Positions 25,611 through 39,824 of a DNA stretch of 64,000 nucleotides are shown here, one piece after another. Position numbers and translations under genes: made by a program. The stretch comes from Tubulanus polymorphus. Lineage: Eukaryota > Animalia > Nemertea. A model generated the notes under the pieces. It searched no databases, was not told the origin of the DNA, and saw only the letters and a list, made by a program, of their open reading frames with translations. The stretch is from the NCBI RefSeq assembly GCF_964204645.1, contig NC_134029.1, positions 2,604,001 through 2,668,000 of the forward strand, written 5' to 3'. Positions within the stretch are counted from its first letter, which is position 1, and the number at the start of each line of letters is the position of its first letter.

Positions 25611-28600
25611 TTATACAAGAACTGTCGTCACAACTGACAGCGAATTTCAGGGTCAGTCGGATCAATCTTCTCTTATATGGAAATATCTCAGGTTATCATT
25701 AAGTATCAAATAATCCAGACACGAATCTTTTGATGGTCTTTTTCCCATATAATCTCCAATCTGAAGCCGGTTTGCGACATTGAATTCGCTGCTGGTAGCC
25801 ATATTTGACATCACTTTATACGGAAGACCTCTTCTGTGTTTGAACATCGAAGCGATGTCAATTTCTATCAATCTCATAACGTTATGAGAAAATGGACCGT
25901 CACATCAGTTTGCGATAGTTGGTGTCGAGTCGGATTATTAGCCTAGTAGACTGTTGTTTGCCGGCGGCTCCCGGATCAACAAATCTCATCTATGAAAATA
26001 GTTTTTCAATTCTTTTGTTTATAGTGTGTAGATATTGTTGCTACAAACATTACTATGATATTTTGCTAGTCATAACCTGATAAATGAAATGAATGTAAAT
26101 ATATTTTCTCGTTTTAATACCATCCCTATGAAGAGAGAATCAGAGAAAGGTGACTCAATTCGCGTCACGGTTTATAATAAAGTGTAATTCTGAATTACTA
26201 TTCTTCCATCGTCGTAGATTGGAAGGAAACGTCTGGAAACTGAGAAATATGTTACAGCAAGTATTCTAATATCCGGTTTCACCTGATGTTGATTCACGGC
26301 AATTAGAACGGGAAAAAACTTGATCAAACAGAAGTCAGTAAGCACACTTTACTGAGACGTTTGGTTGTAATTTGACAACTACCATAAACTCCAAATATTC
26401 GTCTCTAAACGACAGCGATTTTCGTTAATTGTTGTTTCGTCGTTTTCAACTTGAATTTAATATCCGCGTTCGTAAGTCTGACAGTTCCAAGTGAGTTACA
26501 GAACACCGAGTACCAGTAGCCATGTTTAATGTTTCGGAAACACTTGATTTGAACAATAAATCGCGCGTCGACGTGAGCGCGACTATCAATGAGCTACTGA
26601 TTATACTTTATCTAAATCTAAACCTCTCAAAATAAAAAAAAAAATCATTTTCTCAATATTGTAACGCGCTGCTAGGATTTAAAAAAAAACAACTAACGAA
26701 AGTAGTTTAATGAACCAATAATACACAACACTAAGATGTTCATGATCGGTCCATGCGCGAGCTGCAGTGTCGATCATGGTTTGTCATGCTTCGTGATACT
26801 CTGCGAGATTCTCAGTTTCGCTATTCTAGGATTCGAACCCATTTTTGCCGAATTAGCGACGGCGCATCCAGAACAAGGATTCGAACCTTAATTCGCTAAA
26901 TTACCTCTAGCACGATAGTGTGTTTTCGGACCCATTCGGTATTCAAAAAGTTAAAGTTTAAGAATGGTCGTAAGTTGTTATTAGATGATAGATGATTTCG
27001 GCCGCGCTCTCTATGGTAATGTATGTAGTGAACTTCACAATCAAACCATAATTGATACGTACGTTCATGATGCATTGCGATATTTTACTCCGTTTGCATT
27101 TTAAATTCAACATCAAGTGACGGCGTTTTATTTGGTATTCGTCGCTAACTTGACACAAGTGCCTGTGTGCATAAATTGTGTTATTTTGTCACAGCAATTC
27201 TTTTGACACGAATTTGTGCCGTAGACGTTTATTATGCACACATAGCGCGCTCGCTGCTGCTTGTCGGCGTGACTTTAGTAGGAGAATTTCGCACCTATCG
27301 CTCCTCGTTGCCCGACTCTCTTATCCATAAAAACTACTTCACCTGGGCGAATCTATACAGAGTAAGAGCCCGAACCTGCCACCAGGGCGACTTTAACACC
27401 TCTTGAAATTGTCAACCCGTAACTCCCGGAAACTTTTCGAGTTGAAAGTCGATAAAAGCTGTTTTTCTAACTTGTCACGACCGAGAGCGACAAGACTTTC
27501 AAATGTTTACAAACTACGTCGTGTTTGCCAGTTTGAAAATCATCACTAATTACACCGTGTCTTCATTCGAAACGTTTTTAACGCTAGTTTATATAACTAT
27601 TCTTTTATCGCCGACCAGATATCGATATTTTCATCACTAGCATTTTACAGAACGTTCTGTTAAAATTCACATATTTACCAAGTGCGACAGAAACCTTTTT
27701 CTATAGATTTGAATTAAAGTTGGGGTATGATCCTGGCGCTTTTCAAGATCGACGCCGAAGTATTGAATACGTAACTGGTTAAACCCAGACCTTCAACAAA
27801 TTCACCTGCCACCATTTTGTGTTAAATGATTTATACTTTCACTAGAGATATACCAGGTACCGCTATGTATGTATTCGCTATGTTTAAATGTTTTCAGGTA
27901 TTGAATTATACAAGACATTGAATACTGCGAATGGCTCCACATATATATTAGAATAGCAGCTTCAAGGATAAGGTTTTCCTCGTGGCCATTTGAAAAGTCA
28001 ATTGTGATGTTCGGATATTTAAACGAAGAAAGACTGTAACATTTCTTATTTCGCTCCGGCTACAGGAAAGTTCCATTACGGTAAACCTAGTGGTGTCTGC
28101 GGAAGGTTCGAACCCAGTCCATACCATTCGTTTCGAAGAACGCTGTGATACATACTGCAGACAGTCAGATAGAAGTCACCTGGTATTGAATGCACCAGTG
28201 TCAGCAGTATTTGTCTGAATGGCGAGTGCGTGTGGCCCTTGGGAAAGCAGCGCCCTGTTAACAATGCTTTCTATATGCGCTTCGACACGACATGGGCACC
28301 ATGGGGTAATAACAATTCATCGCGCTGTCTTTCGATAGTGAAAATTCGAAAAACATGGGCGGGACAATATAATAAAACGAGGAACCCCGCGGAATTTTTG
28401 ATTTCTAATTTCCATTTTATATACGAATCAATCCGCACAACAAACAAACATGCAAATCGATCGATGACGTCACAATATCACGTGACCATTGACCGAGAAA
28501 CAGACCTATGACGAACGCATTTCGACTTTCTCAAAATAGTTTTCTGATTTTTTTACCCATCCTTATTTTCTGAGTCTGCGATGTATAGCGACTATATGAT

Positions 28601-29401
28601 TGTATGCTTGCGCGGCGCTATGAGAGGCCTGGCCATAATAGTTCTTCTTTTCGTGTACAAACAACGACTCGATCGTTTACTTAAAGCTTTTTGAGAGCTC
28701 CTTCAGTCGCCCGGTTGTGTATATTAAGCAGGAATTGAGAAGCAATTGACCCCGAAGTCTCATCTGATATTCCATTGCACCGAACTGAACCCCGTTTCTG
28801 ATAGCTGATACCATTTTATTAGGAAACCATTGCACCCTATCTATATTCATGTACCGTTCGGATGGCTGTAACTGATTCCAAATTGGTATATATGCTCTAA
28901 CTGGCGAGATATCATATTGAAAAAATAAATATTCGATATTCCTTATAAGTGTATATCCATATGGATATACGCACGTATGTAATATATATCATGATTTTTA
29001 ACGGTTTGAAGATCCACATAGAGGGCGCTACTATATTAGGCGCGTAAAAAAAAACTCAAACAGTATAACCGTTGTCGTCGATAGAGAAACACTTTCCCTG
29101 CGTTGGCTTTAGTTATGAGATCAAGTGTATCAACTTGTATATACAGCTGATGTAAAATAAATTCGATAGCCAATTAAACTTTGTTGAATGACATTTTATG
29201 CTCGTCGTGTTATTGTAATAATGATGTGAAAAAACAGGCCACAGAATAAACGCGAACAGTAAAGTGTTCCTGTCGTTTATGTGATATATATATATCTAAA
29301 ATATTGGAAAATAGTTCATTTTCTAGTTGTGTATGAGATTGGTTTGATATCTCGTGATAACATAAAGGAAAATTTAACATTTTAGTAAAATCCACTGAAC
29401 A

Positions 29402-29757
29402 CAGTTCCACAGTCTGTTGCTTAGAATTAAACTATAAAATTCAAACATTGAAAATGAACTCCTTTCAACTCAAACTTAATCGGGAACAATGGAACTGGTT
29501 CCAAGATTCGATTTCACGGTTCTAGTGAAAATTTAGACTCTAGAGTAACTATTTGAAAATGAACTGTTCAACAACTCTCGCAACCGCGTAACTGGATCCA
29601 GAGGTCGTGCCGTAGTCACAATCAACCATAACCGTAGAACAGGATTCAGAACCCAGTTCCAAAGTGTCAGTTTAGTTTGACTATTATAGTTCATTTAGTT
29701 CATTTCCAATGTTTTGACCCCTGCGGAATTAAATTTTACCCAAGCACTCTGGAACTG
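29402..29757. mobile_element. Cluster of degenerate copies of the CAGTTCCAC MITE family
   Basis: Outer ends CAGTTCCACAGT and ACTCTGGAACTG, internal GGAACTGG / CCAGTTCC junctions, recurring TGAAAATGAACT / TAGTTCATTT core roughly every 100 bp. Confidence 0.55.
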
Positions 29758-32042
29758 GAATACAAAATTCTAAGCAGTATTATGAAAAGACAGTGATTTC
29801 ACAATAGTTCGGTTTGAAAAACTTTCTCGCTAACTTCTTCCCATTGGTTTCTTGAATCGGATTGACTATGATGACATGGCACTAGATTTATCAGTGTATA
29901 ATTAAATTAGATCACCCATAAAACGTTCAAATGGCTCCATCAAAATGGACTGAAAAAGTGCTTGCCGTAATTTTGCCACGGAAATTTCATATGATGTAAA
30001 TATCATAGGCTAAGAAAAAATCTCAAAATATAGAAAAAACGACAATCTGAAGCAACTTTAGTATTCTTGAATTACGTAACTATTAGACACGTCGAATATA
30101 ATATATTAGGTCAATATACATTTCGGAATCATTTTTCTTTAGCATTGTGGCATTTTACATCTTATATTACAACATCATACATCGAAAGAGTGTTTCATCA
30201 AGGTTAAACAAGTTTAGTGTTTCGTCCTTGTATAGACATATACAAAACGATATCGAAAACGCACTGTGAACTAATTTACATAAAAAACGACTAATCAAAA
30301 TGTGAAAAGGTTACTCAGTACAAGTCCACTTATCTTATATTTCAAAATCGATCCGCAATGAAAATATTGCCGCTTTTGTGTTGAATTGACTTAGTTAAAA
30401 CTATCGTCGAGGGCTATTTATCATAATTATCATATGAGTAACTATAATAATGGAATAATATGATATGAAGGACGTATCAAAAAGCATTTGATGATTCTCG
30501 GTAAGAAGAGTTTTATAATTGCCATCAACCGCAGGGAAACGAGTGGAAGTCAATATACACACACATGTATATAGTTTGCGGTGGATAGTATTTTAGACTG
30601 GGGTTATGATTTCAAAAATTGTTAATTACTTGACTTTCTCATTGCTATAAATGGGTTTAGGTTTTATAATTCATTATACCGGTACCTGGAGATATATAAC
30701 ATCGATGGTCAGTATATAAAATTAGTCCATTAAAAACAAGCCCAATAAGAGCGCAATACCGTCAGCTAATGTTAGATTAATGTTAACTGTATTATCAAAC
30801 CTAACTATTATTTTGCATGCATGTTTCACAAGGCTTTAAGATACAGCTTGAGGTGACAGGAAAATATAGAATCATTTATATATGAACGGCGCTGACAAAG
30901 ACTATTACAAAATAAAATGTATTTTTTATTGTATTTAAGAGTGTTCAGAGTTTTATTTGTATGATGATTGACAGCTACTGGAATTATGGACGAATATTTT
31001 TATGCATACACTTTCATATGGTACAACCCTTCAGACTTCAACGAAATGCACTTTTCAATTTAGTTGGATTGTTCATACGATGCCGCTTCGACACATTTGA
31101 TCAATACGAACAACTTCGTCCAGTAATCATACACTAAAATCCAAAGACCATTTTACGCTATAACATCTGCACATAGGAGCACTTCGTCTATCGGGTCCTT
31201 TTACTTGAGTGTGAACACTTTCAGTAGAATATTGACAAACATAATCAGAAACGATGAATTCGCTGTGGAGAAGTTGCAGGTATAAGTATATTGTTTGTCA
31301 CGGTGTATGTACTCAAACACACGTGCTCATATCGACACGCATTATCCAGGTTTTCAGCAGCACCATTTAGATATTGGCCGAATCAATGGCATTTTATGGA
31401 CCGGTAGTTTAGTAAGTGGCTTCGTGCATCGATTCTCAAACGTCATGTGATCACCTTCACAAGGAGACGAGTACAAAACCAAAGGAAATTGATAATTCTC
31501 CTCGTCAGGTTAAAATAAAGTATAGTAAGAAATATATACACAGAAATGAACGATAAGATACATGTATACAATTTCAAAAAGTGTGTGTATTTATATTTAC
31601 ACTTTGACATGCTTCAGCGGTACGACACGTTGTAAAACTGAGAACAACAACGCGTACGATGCCTGATTACCTTTAAATCAGGGATAATAAGAGGTAGGTA
31701 TTAATATGAGTCGATCACCAATAATTGTGCAATCTGATATGATATTATGATATGATGATACGATATTGAGATGTCATCTCGTCGATTAATTCTCGCTAGT
31801 GTCATTCATGTTGTATTAAGTCCGCGCAGGGATGGATCAGTGAAGAGAACGGAAAGAGCACAGGGAGAGTACAGATATGGGAAGAGAGAATATAAGGCGG
31901 ACAGAAAGAGGACAGGCTGAGGAATGACAGTCACGGGGATGGGGCAGGGGAAGCTATGTCTTGTTGAGTTCTGATTGCTTATTTAGTCACTTTTGTTCTA
32001 GCATGTATTCATATTTCATAATTTTGTTTCTTACCTTAGAAT

Positions 32043-32107
32043 TCCTAATATGACTATGAGGATATAGTCGAAACGTCGAAAATAGATCATTAGGAAACTT
32101 TTTCGGA
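32043..32107 (+). mobile_element. Degenerate Penelope-type hammerhead relic
   Basis: Stem II GACTAT/ATAGTC followed by GAAACGTC; the 5' core is mutated (CCTAATATG). Shares the downstream GAAAC..TTTCGGAC with the 51.2 kb copy. Confidence 0.5.
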
Positions 32108-33056
32108 CTAATTTTTCTTACATGAGAGAGGCATAGAATTTCTAGAATCACCAATGGTTAACTTGACTACACAGACTCTATTTTACCTGTGAGTGACTTA
32201 ACTTAACTAATCAGTTTCAGTAATTTTATTCATTTTTCATTGAAACATCTCAAAATCTGAAAGAACATCAAAGAGAAGAGTTGGACGCTTGTGACGCACA
32301 GCGAGGATTATCGGAATGAAATGAGTCAATGAAAGTAACCTCAAATAGCCGACACCTGTGAAATATTTATCCCGGACATTGAATCCGATGAATACAGATT
32401 ATGGGAAATCATTAAATACCGGGTATTTACGAGTTGGCACGAGTTATTTGACAGAAGCAAAATATTCCATCGCCTTCGGGCTTAAGACTTACACGTGACG
32501 GGGATAATAATAATGAGTAATGAAGTCATTCGATGATAATGAATAGACTCAAATACGAAATGAACATAAAGAAAGTCGTTGTCATGATCAGATTAAATAT
32601 CAGTTCGAATTACCAACTTTATAAGAAATAATGCACATCACCTCCATTGTTATACATACATACATACATTTAAATCGATGAAATATGTATTTCATACGAT
32701 TCGACAATAATTCGTAAATCTGAACTTAAAATCAATCATTTCATCCCAAATGTAAGTTAGTAAATGGTCAATAGTGTTGATAAGTCCTTAATTCTACAGT
32801 TTTATAAACGAATGCTTTAGTTTACAGTGCGCCCTAAAAACTCTGTAAGGAAAATGACATTAGTTTTGTATCATTTTAGGTCATCTACTTTTGAAAATTG
32901 AGACCAATTAATTTCAAACTTTCTTCCAATGATTTTATTGCTTCTTTACAAACGATCGATTTGGTGAAAAATATTTTCTCCCAAACTCGTAGACGTTTTG
33001 TAAAACCTCTTCGCATTATTTTCGTGTCACTGAGGTTCTTGACCGCCAGTTCTAGG

Positions 33057-35250
33057 TCAGGGCGCAGTGTGTTTTTGCAACATCACGAAAATACATTTGA
33101 CACAAAATGAAACAACACAAGAATGAATTCCACCCGGGCAATTAGTCTTTTTAGAACAGAATGTTTGCGATGCACCAAGAGCGAAATTTGAAATTGCTAT
33201 TTTTTTCTGGTTTTCATTGTGAACGCACATGGAACCGAGGTCTGAAAGGTGGCTAATTGTAAAAATGGTATCTCGAGATGAACCGTCGAGAGCAGCTGCG
33301 ATGTTTCGGTCTGTCTGCTGCCAACCATCATCTTCATCACCCCAATAATTCAACCTTTTCTTACCTTAACAAAACATGGGCCGGGCGAAGTCTTCAACTT
33401 ATGAATCAGCTTTTCACCGGTGATTCAGTGTTGTGCTCTAAGGAGATGGAGATTCACAATAAATCCACTTAACATGATTAGATTCTTGGCAGCCCAGATT
33501 CCATCAGATAAAAAGTTCTCCGCCTCACATATTATCAATGTTTCGACCAGCTGTGGCATTAGCACAATAAAATCATTCATAGAAGGCCCAATTTCTATGA
33601 CCATTCTCAAGCTCTTTAGTTTATGGTGCGAGGCGATTCTAAATAATCGAAAGCGTTGAGTTATTCACCGTAGCTCCTTCGAATCATGATTTCTTTGACT
33701 TCGTTCGAACGGTCAAAGACCTTGCATCGATTCTGGATCTAGTTCGATCTGACTCGACATTTTAGAGTGGTATAAGAATCAAAAGTAAAATTCGCTCGTG
33801 TAAATCTAGATCCAGAGTCAAATTTACACTCAATACTGCGGAGGTTGAACTAGAAAATCAACTGGTTTTAAGAATTGTTGATGATAAGAAATTAAATTGA
33901 ACACAATCCAGAGAGAAATAAATACCCACAGCTGGCGGAACCATGGACTCTAAAAGGTTTCCTTCGTTTTAGAGTCCACGGTGGAACTAAACCCAAGTCA
34001 AATATGAAGTAGTGTTCACAGAAACTAAATTTTACGAATTTTCTGCGCGATCATAACAAGCAATGGCAAGGAATAAACATGTGAAATTTCATTGACTTCA
34101 TGTGCATTTTTAAAAGTGTAACTTTATACAACAAAAGACAACTCTTTCAGCTCCAAATGAGTCGCTCGTCGAAATCGGGAAAAAACAACAGTTGTCCAGT
34201 GTATGTTCAAACAATTCTATTTACCAGCGAGTTTGGAAATTCATGAAAATATGAAATAAAAAATACTCTCCAACCAGATTCGATTACTTCGATAAGTGAC
34301 GGCTGGTTAAAATTGTGCCTGTAGTTGTTTCACGCGTGTACTTTCAACAACATCGATCCTCAAATTGTAGTGGTTACGGTAATACATATCGTCACTGTAC
34401 AAAAGAACACATCATCGTATGTTCCTTTTTTACGTTGATCGTTAAAACATTCAAATTAGGAAGTCGTCGATTTTCCGTGATGCATTTTGAATGTTTATGG
34501 CAACGGGCTATGTGAACGATGCAAGTAACAGTGTTTTTGATGTTTGCGAATGTTTCAGCAGTTTCTATGTCTATGCTGATCAAATAATTACTAGAGATCA
34601 GCAGCAAATATCAAACAATTTGCTAACACCTGCTCTGTGTTTTTCAAAAATACGTTTACATCAATATCATATTTCAATTTTTTCGAATGTCTATTCCGCG
34701 ATCATGCGTTGCCTGTTGTGGGGTAGGGTAGCTGTTGCTTTGTTTTATGGGTAAAACAAGACAATGAAACAACTTCCATTTTGTTACTCAATTTCCTTTT
34801 ATTGTCACGATTTCAGCGTACATCCCGATGAGACACTACTTGGTTATACATGGATTCAATTCTTTATTCTTGTTGAAATAAAATAGATGCATAAAACAAA
34901 CGGCTTGTTGTGTGTTCATAAGATTCTGATTTATCATATTTTTTTCTGAGGTCTATACGGAAAGAAAACTGGCATATGATTTCACTCTTGATTTCACTCT
35001 TTAGATTCTTTAAGAAATATCAACATACAAATTCGTCCATTTCATAATATGTATTTCGGCCGAGTTTATCATATTTTCACAAACCTCTCTATCTTATTTT
35101 CAGCAAAATCGGAGATTTTCGTCATGCTAAATACGAGTAAAACTGATATTCTATTTTTACACAAGTGAACATTATTTGTATTCGATGCTTGAATGTCTTC
35201 ATCGATACAGAAACCAGAACTGTAGGAATCATGAAACCTAGCTGATACAT
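33057..35250 (-). pseudogene. Possible decayed F-box/LRR-type gene
   Basis: Broken minus-strand frames give FYSYL...REVCENMINSAEIHIMKWTNLYVD (F-box-like), LPNLNVLTIN and HKLKSLRM..MPQLVETLII (LRR-like), interrupted by stops and frameshifts. Confidence 0.25.
33941..33981. repeat. Short inverted repeat (hairpin)
   Basis: TGGACTCTAAAA / TTTTAGAGTCCA perfect 12-bp arms with an 11-nt loop, next to GTGGAACT as in the MITE family. Confidence 0.8.
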
Positions 35251-38200
35251 ATAAGAACTGAACGACATGATGTTCTTACGATTTTCACCGAGATTGAAAG
35301 TATCTAGAAACACAATTCATTCAGTTCTTACCAGTTATGATTTCTGTAAATATCTCACCGCGTGTGTCTCATCGCTTTATAACGACGAGACTTTGAGAAA
35401 TCGCAAATCGTGTACTCACTGACCCCTTAGTCAGTCATGTGATAGCACTTGTTGACAACCCGGTCGATATGTAAATGGGATCTCACCAAGAACAGGACCT
35501 CACACTGACTAAAACAGGGCGACACGCCGACATGTCATGCCATCATATAATATAGAAAATCACACCGTAGTCTATTCACACAAAATATAGAGAAAAAACC
35601 ATACGGAAATACACATGAACTCTTAACAGTAAACCCCGGGCTTTTTTCGAAATCACCGGTGTAATGGCCTAACCTCCATATCTAGAAACCCGATTGATAT
35701 CGTGATACGATATATCGTTTTTCATTTTTGAATAATAATTACCAGTTGGTAAAATATTTGTCAATAAGGAGATAGTACATCGAATATTGTTAAAAAAGAA
35801 TAAGAATGCAGCTGCTAGCGTAGGCTGATGCATACGGCGGGTGTGTGCTGGTAAAAGAGTAAAATGTCAGAAATGTGATTAGAAAAAAGTACATAAAGGC
35901 ATAACTCTCACAAGAGATCCCGGGCCCTATTTTACAGTATAAATCTGGTGCTACCTTTCGAGTTCGAGTTCGATTCAGCTTTCAGTTTAGTTTATTGCTC
36001 CACAAGTAGCACAAAATCATAGTGAAGTGACAAGTATCACAGTATCAAAGATCGCTCTATAATAGAATAAGAAAATAAACACATAAAAAACAACAGTCGT
36101 TTATGATGTAATATGATAAAGAACAAGTTCGCTGAAGTCAATGAGTTTCGACTTGGGCTCGAGTCAGAGCCTTAGCATCGAGTCTGAGATTTAACCACGA
36201 GTCTGTGACTTGCTAAAAGTCTGACCACTGTAAAGCCGGAATCAGTCGATATCGATAACCAATAGGCTCTGAAATTCGATCACTTTTTTAAAAATATTAT
36301 ATAACCACACGTAGAACACATGGTACTTATCGAATATCTGGTGCAAAAATAATTCGACCAGTCAGTGTCAATGATGCATCGCATTGTAAAATTCAGGTCA
36401 TCAAAACTGTAAGTAAGTACATACGTTATTTGAAACAGAACTGGTTGAATGTTTTAATGAAATTACGTCAGAATGGTGCTTCAGTGCTTCAGTTCCACAA
36501 AATTGTTTGCCCTTTATGAAAACCAATAACATCTGAAACGACAATTTGAGTTAATTGTTGTTTCGTAAAACTAGGCCTATAGTTTAGAGTCGTCTGCATA
36601 GATATTCTAACTTTTAATTTTGAAATCTACGTAAAATCTAATTCGAATCATAAATGCCTGTGTCGACCGAGAGACCTTAAACGATCTAAGTTGATATGTA
36701 CGCGCTCTGCGAGGATTCAATCAATTCGATTGTGCAACTTGAGAGTAATAAATTAATGACTCAATATTGTGTTCGCCTTGGATACTTGATTCGAGCATGT
36801 TGCATTCTCACGGAAACGTGGCCGTCTCCACACGCCCTTGATTTTAAACACAAACGAAATTAGCGACGATTAGTTAAGTGAATACCCGTACAGCACCGTC
36901 ACGATGTGTTCCTTCATTCGCTGCGGTCATCGTCCGCGGACAATATTGGCTAATTGACGAGACATTAATGGAAATGTATTCACTCTATGTAATAAGTGTT
37001 TGAATACAGTAATTATATAGCTTGTCAACTGGAGAATACTATGTCTACACGAAACCCTCAACTCATCTTTGTCTTTTGTTTATAAACGCATTATTTAGGC
37101 TTTTCTGTTTTCAATCGTTTAATCTGTTTGCCCGTAACTATGCCTGTGTAAATATCTGTGGCGTATTTTCATGAACATCTATTGAATCAGACGCTTTACC
37201 CGTTCTATGTTGTCATTCTCATTTGCGTGAATTCCACTTCGTAATTTGATTCGTAAATTTGCAAAAAATCTAATATTTCAAAATGGATTTCAGCAGATCA
37301 TTATTATTCAAAACCAACTAATTGAGACAATCCGTCATTATGTTCTAGGCTATAATTTACGCATAAAGCTTGTGCCATATTGCAGTTAGTAGAATTTGAT
37401 GAAATCGACGCAAATTACGATCGGTTTATAATCAGTTTACGGCCGTTTGCGTACTTTTAATTACGTGTAATATGTAATTGACGCTAATTTCGCATTCGGG
37501 TTTAAGAGCTACTTAGGTTAAAAATCTAAATCTCACAGAATTTGAATTTAGAATTAGCAATTTGGGAAAATATTTTCGAATTAACTTTCAATGGAGTCAC
37601 ATGGTTTTGTTATTTGATGTATAAATGTATAAGATTATGAAGTAGACAGGTCGGGTTTTAATGAATTTATTCATAAATCTACAGACAAAAATAAAATTGC
37701 TCATGGGTTTGTAGATTCGTGTGGAAAACCTGTGGCAAATTTTGAAAATTAACTTCATACGAAAAAACCCACTCAAACGTTTTTCAGTGAAAGCAATTTG
37801 AAACAATCTTTAGATAGGTTCTTTTCGCAGTGTCGTAAATCGTATATGTTACTAGGAAATACTTTTTAAACACAAAAACGGATTTAAAGATTCAGTAAGC
37901 GTTGAATCTTTGAAATAAAATAATTAGATGTTTATACGATAATCAATGAAAAACAATCATTAATGGATTTAATCGTATTTTGTTCACTATTTATAGAAGG
38001 TGAAAATTTAATTTAGTACGAAATCTTTATTTTCTATTATAAGTACGAGTTGAATCAAATCTAAAACACCCGAAACAGACGCATTTATTTCTTCAGTTTA
38101 TTGTTTTTAATGATTTGTTGTACTTGCCCAAAAAGGTTGTCGTTGTGATATACATGCACTCCGTATGAATGTTTAAAGGATTCCTAATGAAAAAGAAGGC

Positions 38201-38651
38201 GACAATTCACCCTATACTCGAGTACCAGAGACCGAACAATTCAAACTGCAGAATTGGCTTTCCAAACCTTTGAAAATGCACCAAAACATACAATCATTGA
38301 ATGATCATATAGCTGAAAAAAATGTTCTGGAATTTCAACGCGTTGAAAACAAAATAACAAAATACTTCAATCAACCGACAAGGGTCCACCTGATACGCAG
38401 TATCACGTATGATCACATAGTTAGAAAGAGTAAAATCCAATATCCGTTCAGACAAAAACATTTCAAATTCCCCTCCCCCAACAGCCGGAGTCTCTGGAAT
38501 GAAGTTCATGGTTTCTATTAGGTGATATTTGATACCTAAATTCAAGTGAATAAGGCCGGAGAAAATCTAAATTCTGATTATTCTGCTGAACGGTACCTTT
38601 TTACACAAAGAAAGTGAAAAAATCCGAAAATTTGTCAACACATTGCAATAT

Positions 38652-38657
38652 TTTATT
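38652..38657 (-). promoter_or_regulatory. Probable polyadenylation signal of FoxQ2 (3' UTR ~1.2 kb)
   Basis: AATAAA on minus, followed by a T/GT-rich tract (ttttcggattttttcactttctttgtgt). Confidence 0.55.
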
Positions 38658-38762
38658 ACACATTTTATATTCATTTATATAACATATCATTAATTCATTA
38701 ATAGATATTTAATTTTGATCCCTTCCCGAATTATGATACCACAGACGGGAAAAATAGCGATA

Positions 38763-38804
38763 TATTATTATTATTATCATTATTATCATTATTATTATTA
38801 TTAT
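38763..38804. repeat. (ATT/ATC)n microsatellite in the probable FoxQ2 3' UTR
   Basis: Direct reading. Confidence 0.9.
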
Positions 38805-39824
38805 GCACATATATTCTATACATGGAAGAGGGATACACACAAACATATAGAGATCTAGTATAGAAAATTGAGTCAATATATTTATGTAAAACGTATCGCA
38901 ATCAAGATTGAACTAGGATACCAAGTCTTTAGAAAACGACCCCACTTTCACCCCTGAAATATTCATTTACGTTAGAAAGTCATATTTTTTTCAAAATAAA
39001 TAAATGCTCTTTAAGATACAATTATTTTTGCTAGACGTAAGAATTCGCTTCCTAATTTGCTCAGTCAATCGAGTACGAAATCGAGAGTAGCGAAGCTTAC
39101 AAAATTTTCATATATTGATGCGATAATGAATTATATAGCACAGATTCTGAAGTTTGTTTAGCTGTCAGTACATTACAACAAATCCATCAAACAATAAAAT
39201 GTCTGATTCAATTACAGGAATTACAGCAGTTCTCCCCGAATGACGCCAAAATTAAACTACAAATTGCCTTTTAATGATAGAAATAGCCAAATTCACCGCT
39301 TTAATCTATAGTATATTTTCATATGACATCATTTTGTCAAATCTATCGTTATCGATATGTTATCCGTAGGAGACAACATGCACCAGTCAGAATGTTTCAA
39401 ATGAAAAACATATATATATATACACGTAAAAATGACAGCGCGAATGGCTGCTTTGGTCCAAGGTCGTTTTGACATAAATAATTACTACGGCTTTTCATAT
39501 TATGGATTCGTGATTAGAATTTCCAAAATGTGATATGCTATTCATACGTGTAGGGTATATATACTCATAGAGCCTGTGAGTTTAGCCGGGGTTGTATATG
39601 GTATGATACGTTTTCATACATGATATATGTGTTTTGAGTGGGTATAACGTGCGCATGTATCGTTTATACTAACGACTCCAATGACACTTATAGAATCGTT
39701 TCACGTAGTATGTTTGTTTAACGGATGGCAATACAATATTCCTGTCCTCCCTAACCCCTCTCTACTAGACACTATGTATGCAATACTTACAGTATTGTCC
39801 ACGGTGATAAAATCAATGATAAGT

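Noticed and set aside
30970-31510. Two exon-like segments with AG/GT borders
   Set aside because: In-frame stops and no recognisable protein family.
33299-33335. Minus-strand GATGATGGT...ACCGAAACATC as a fourth hammerhead
   Set aside because: The CUGA core is absent and no stem I could be formed by eye.
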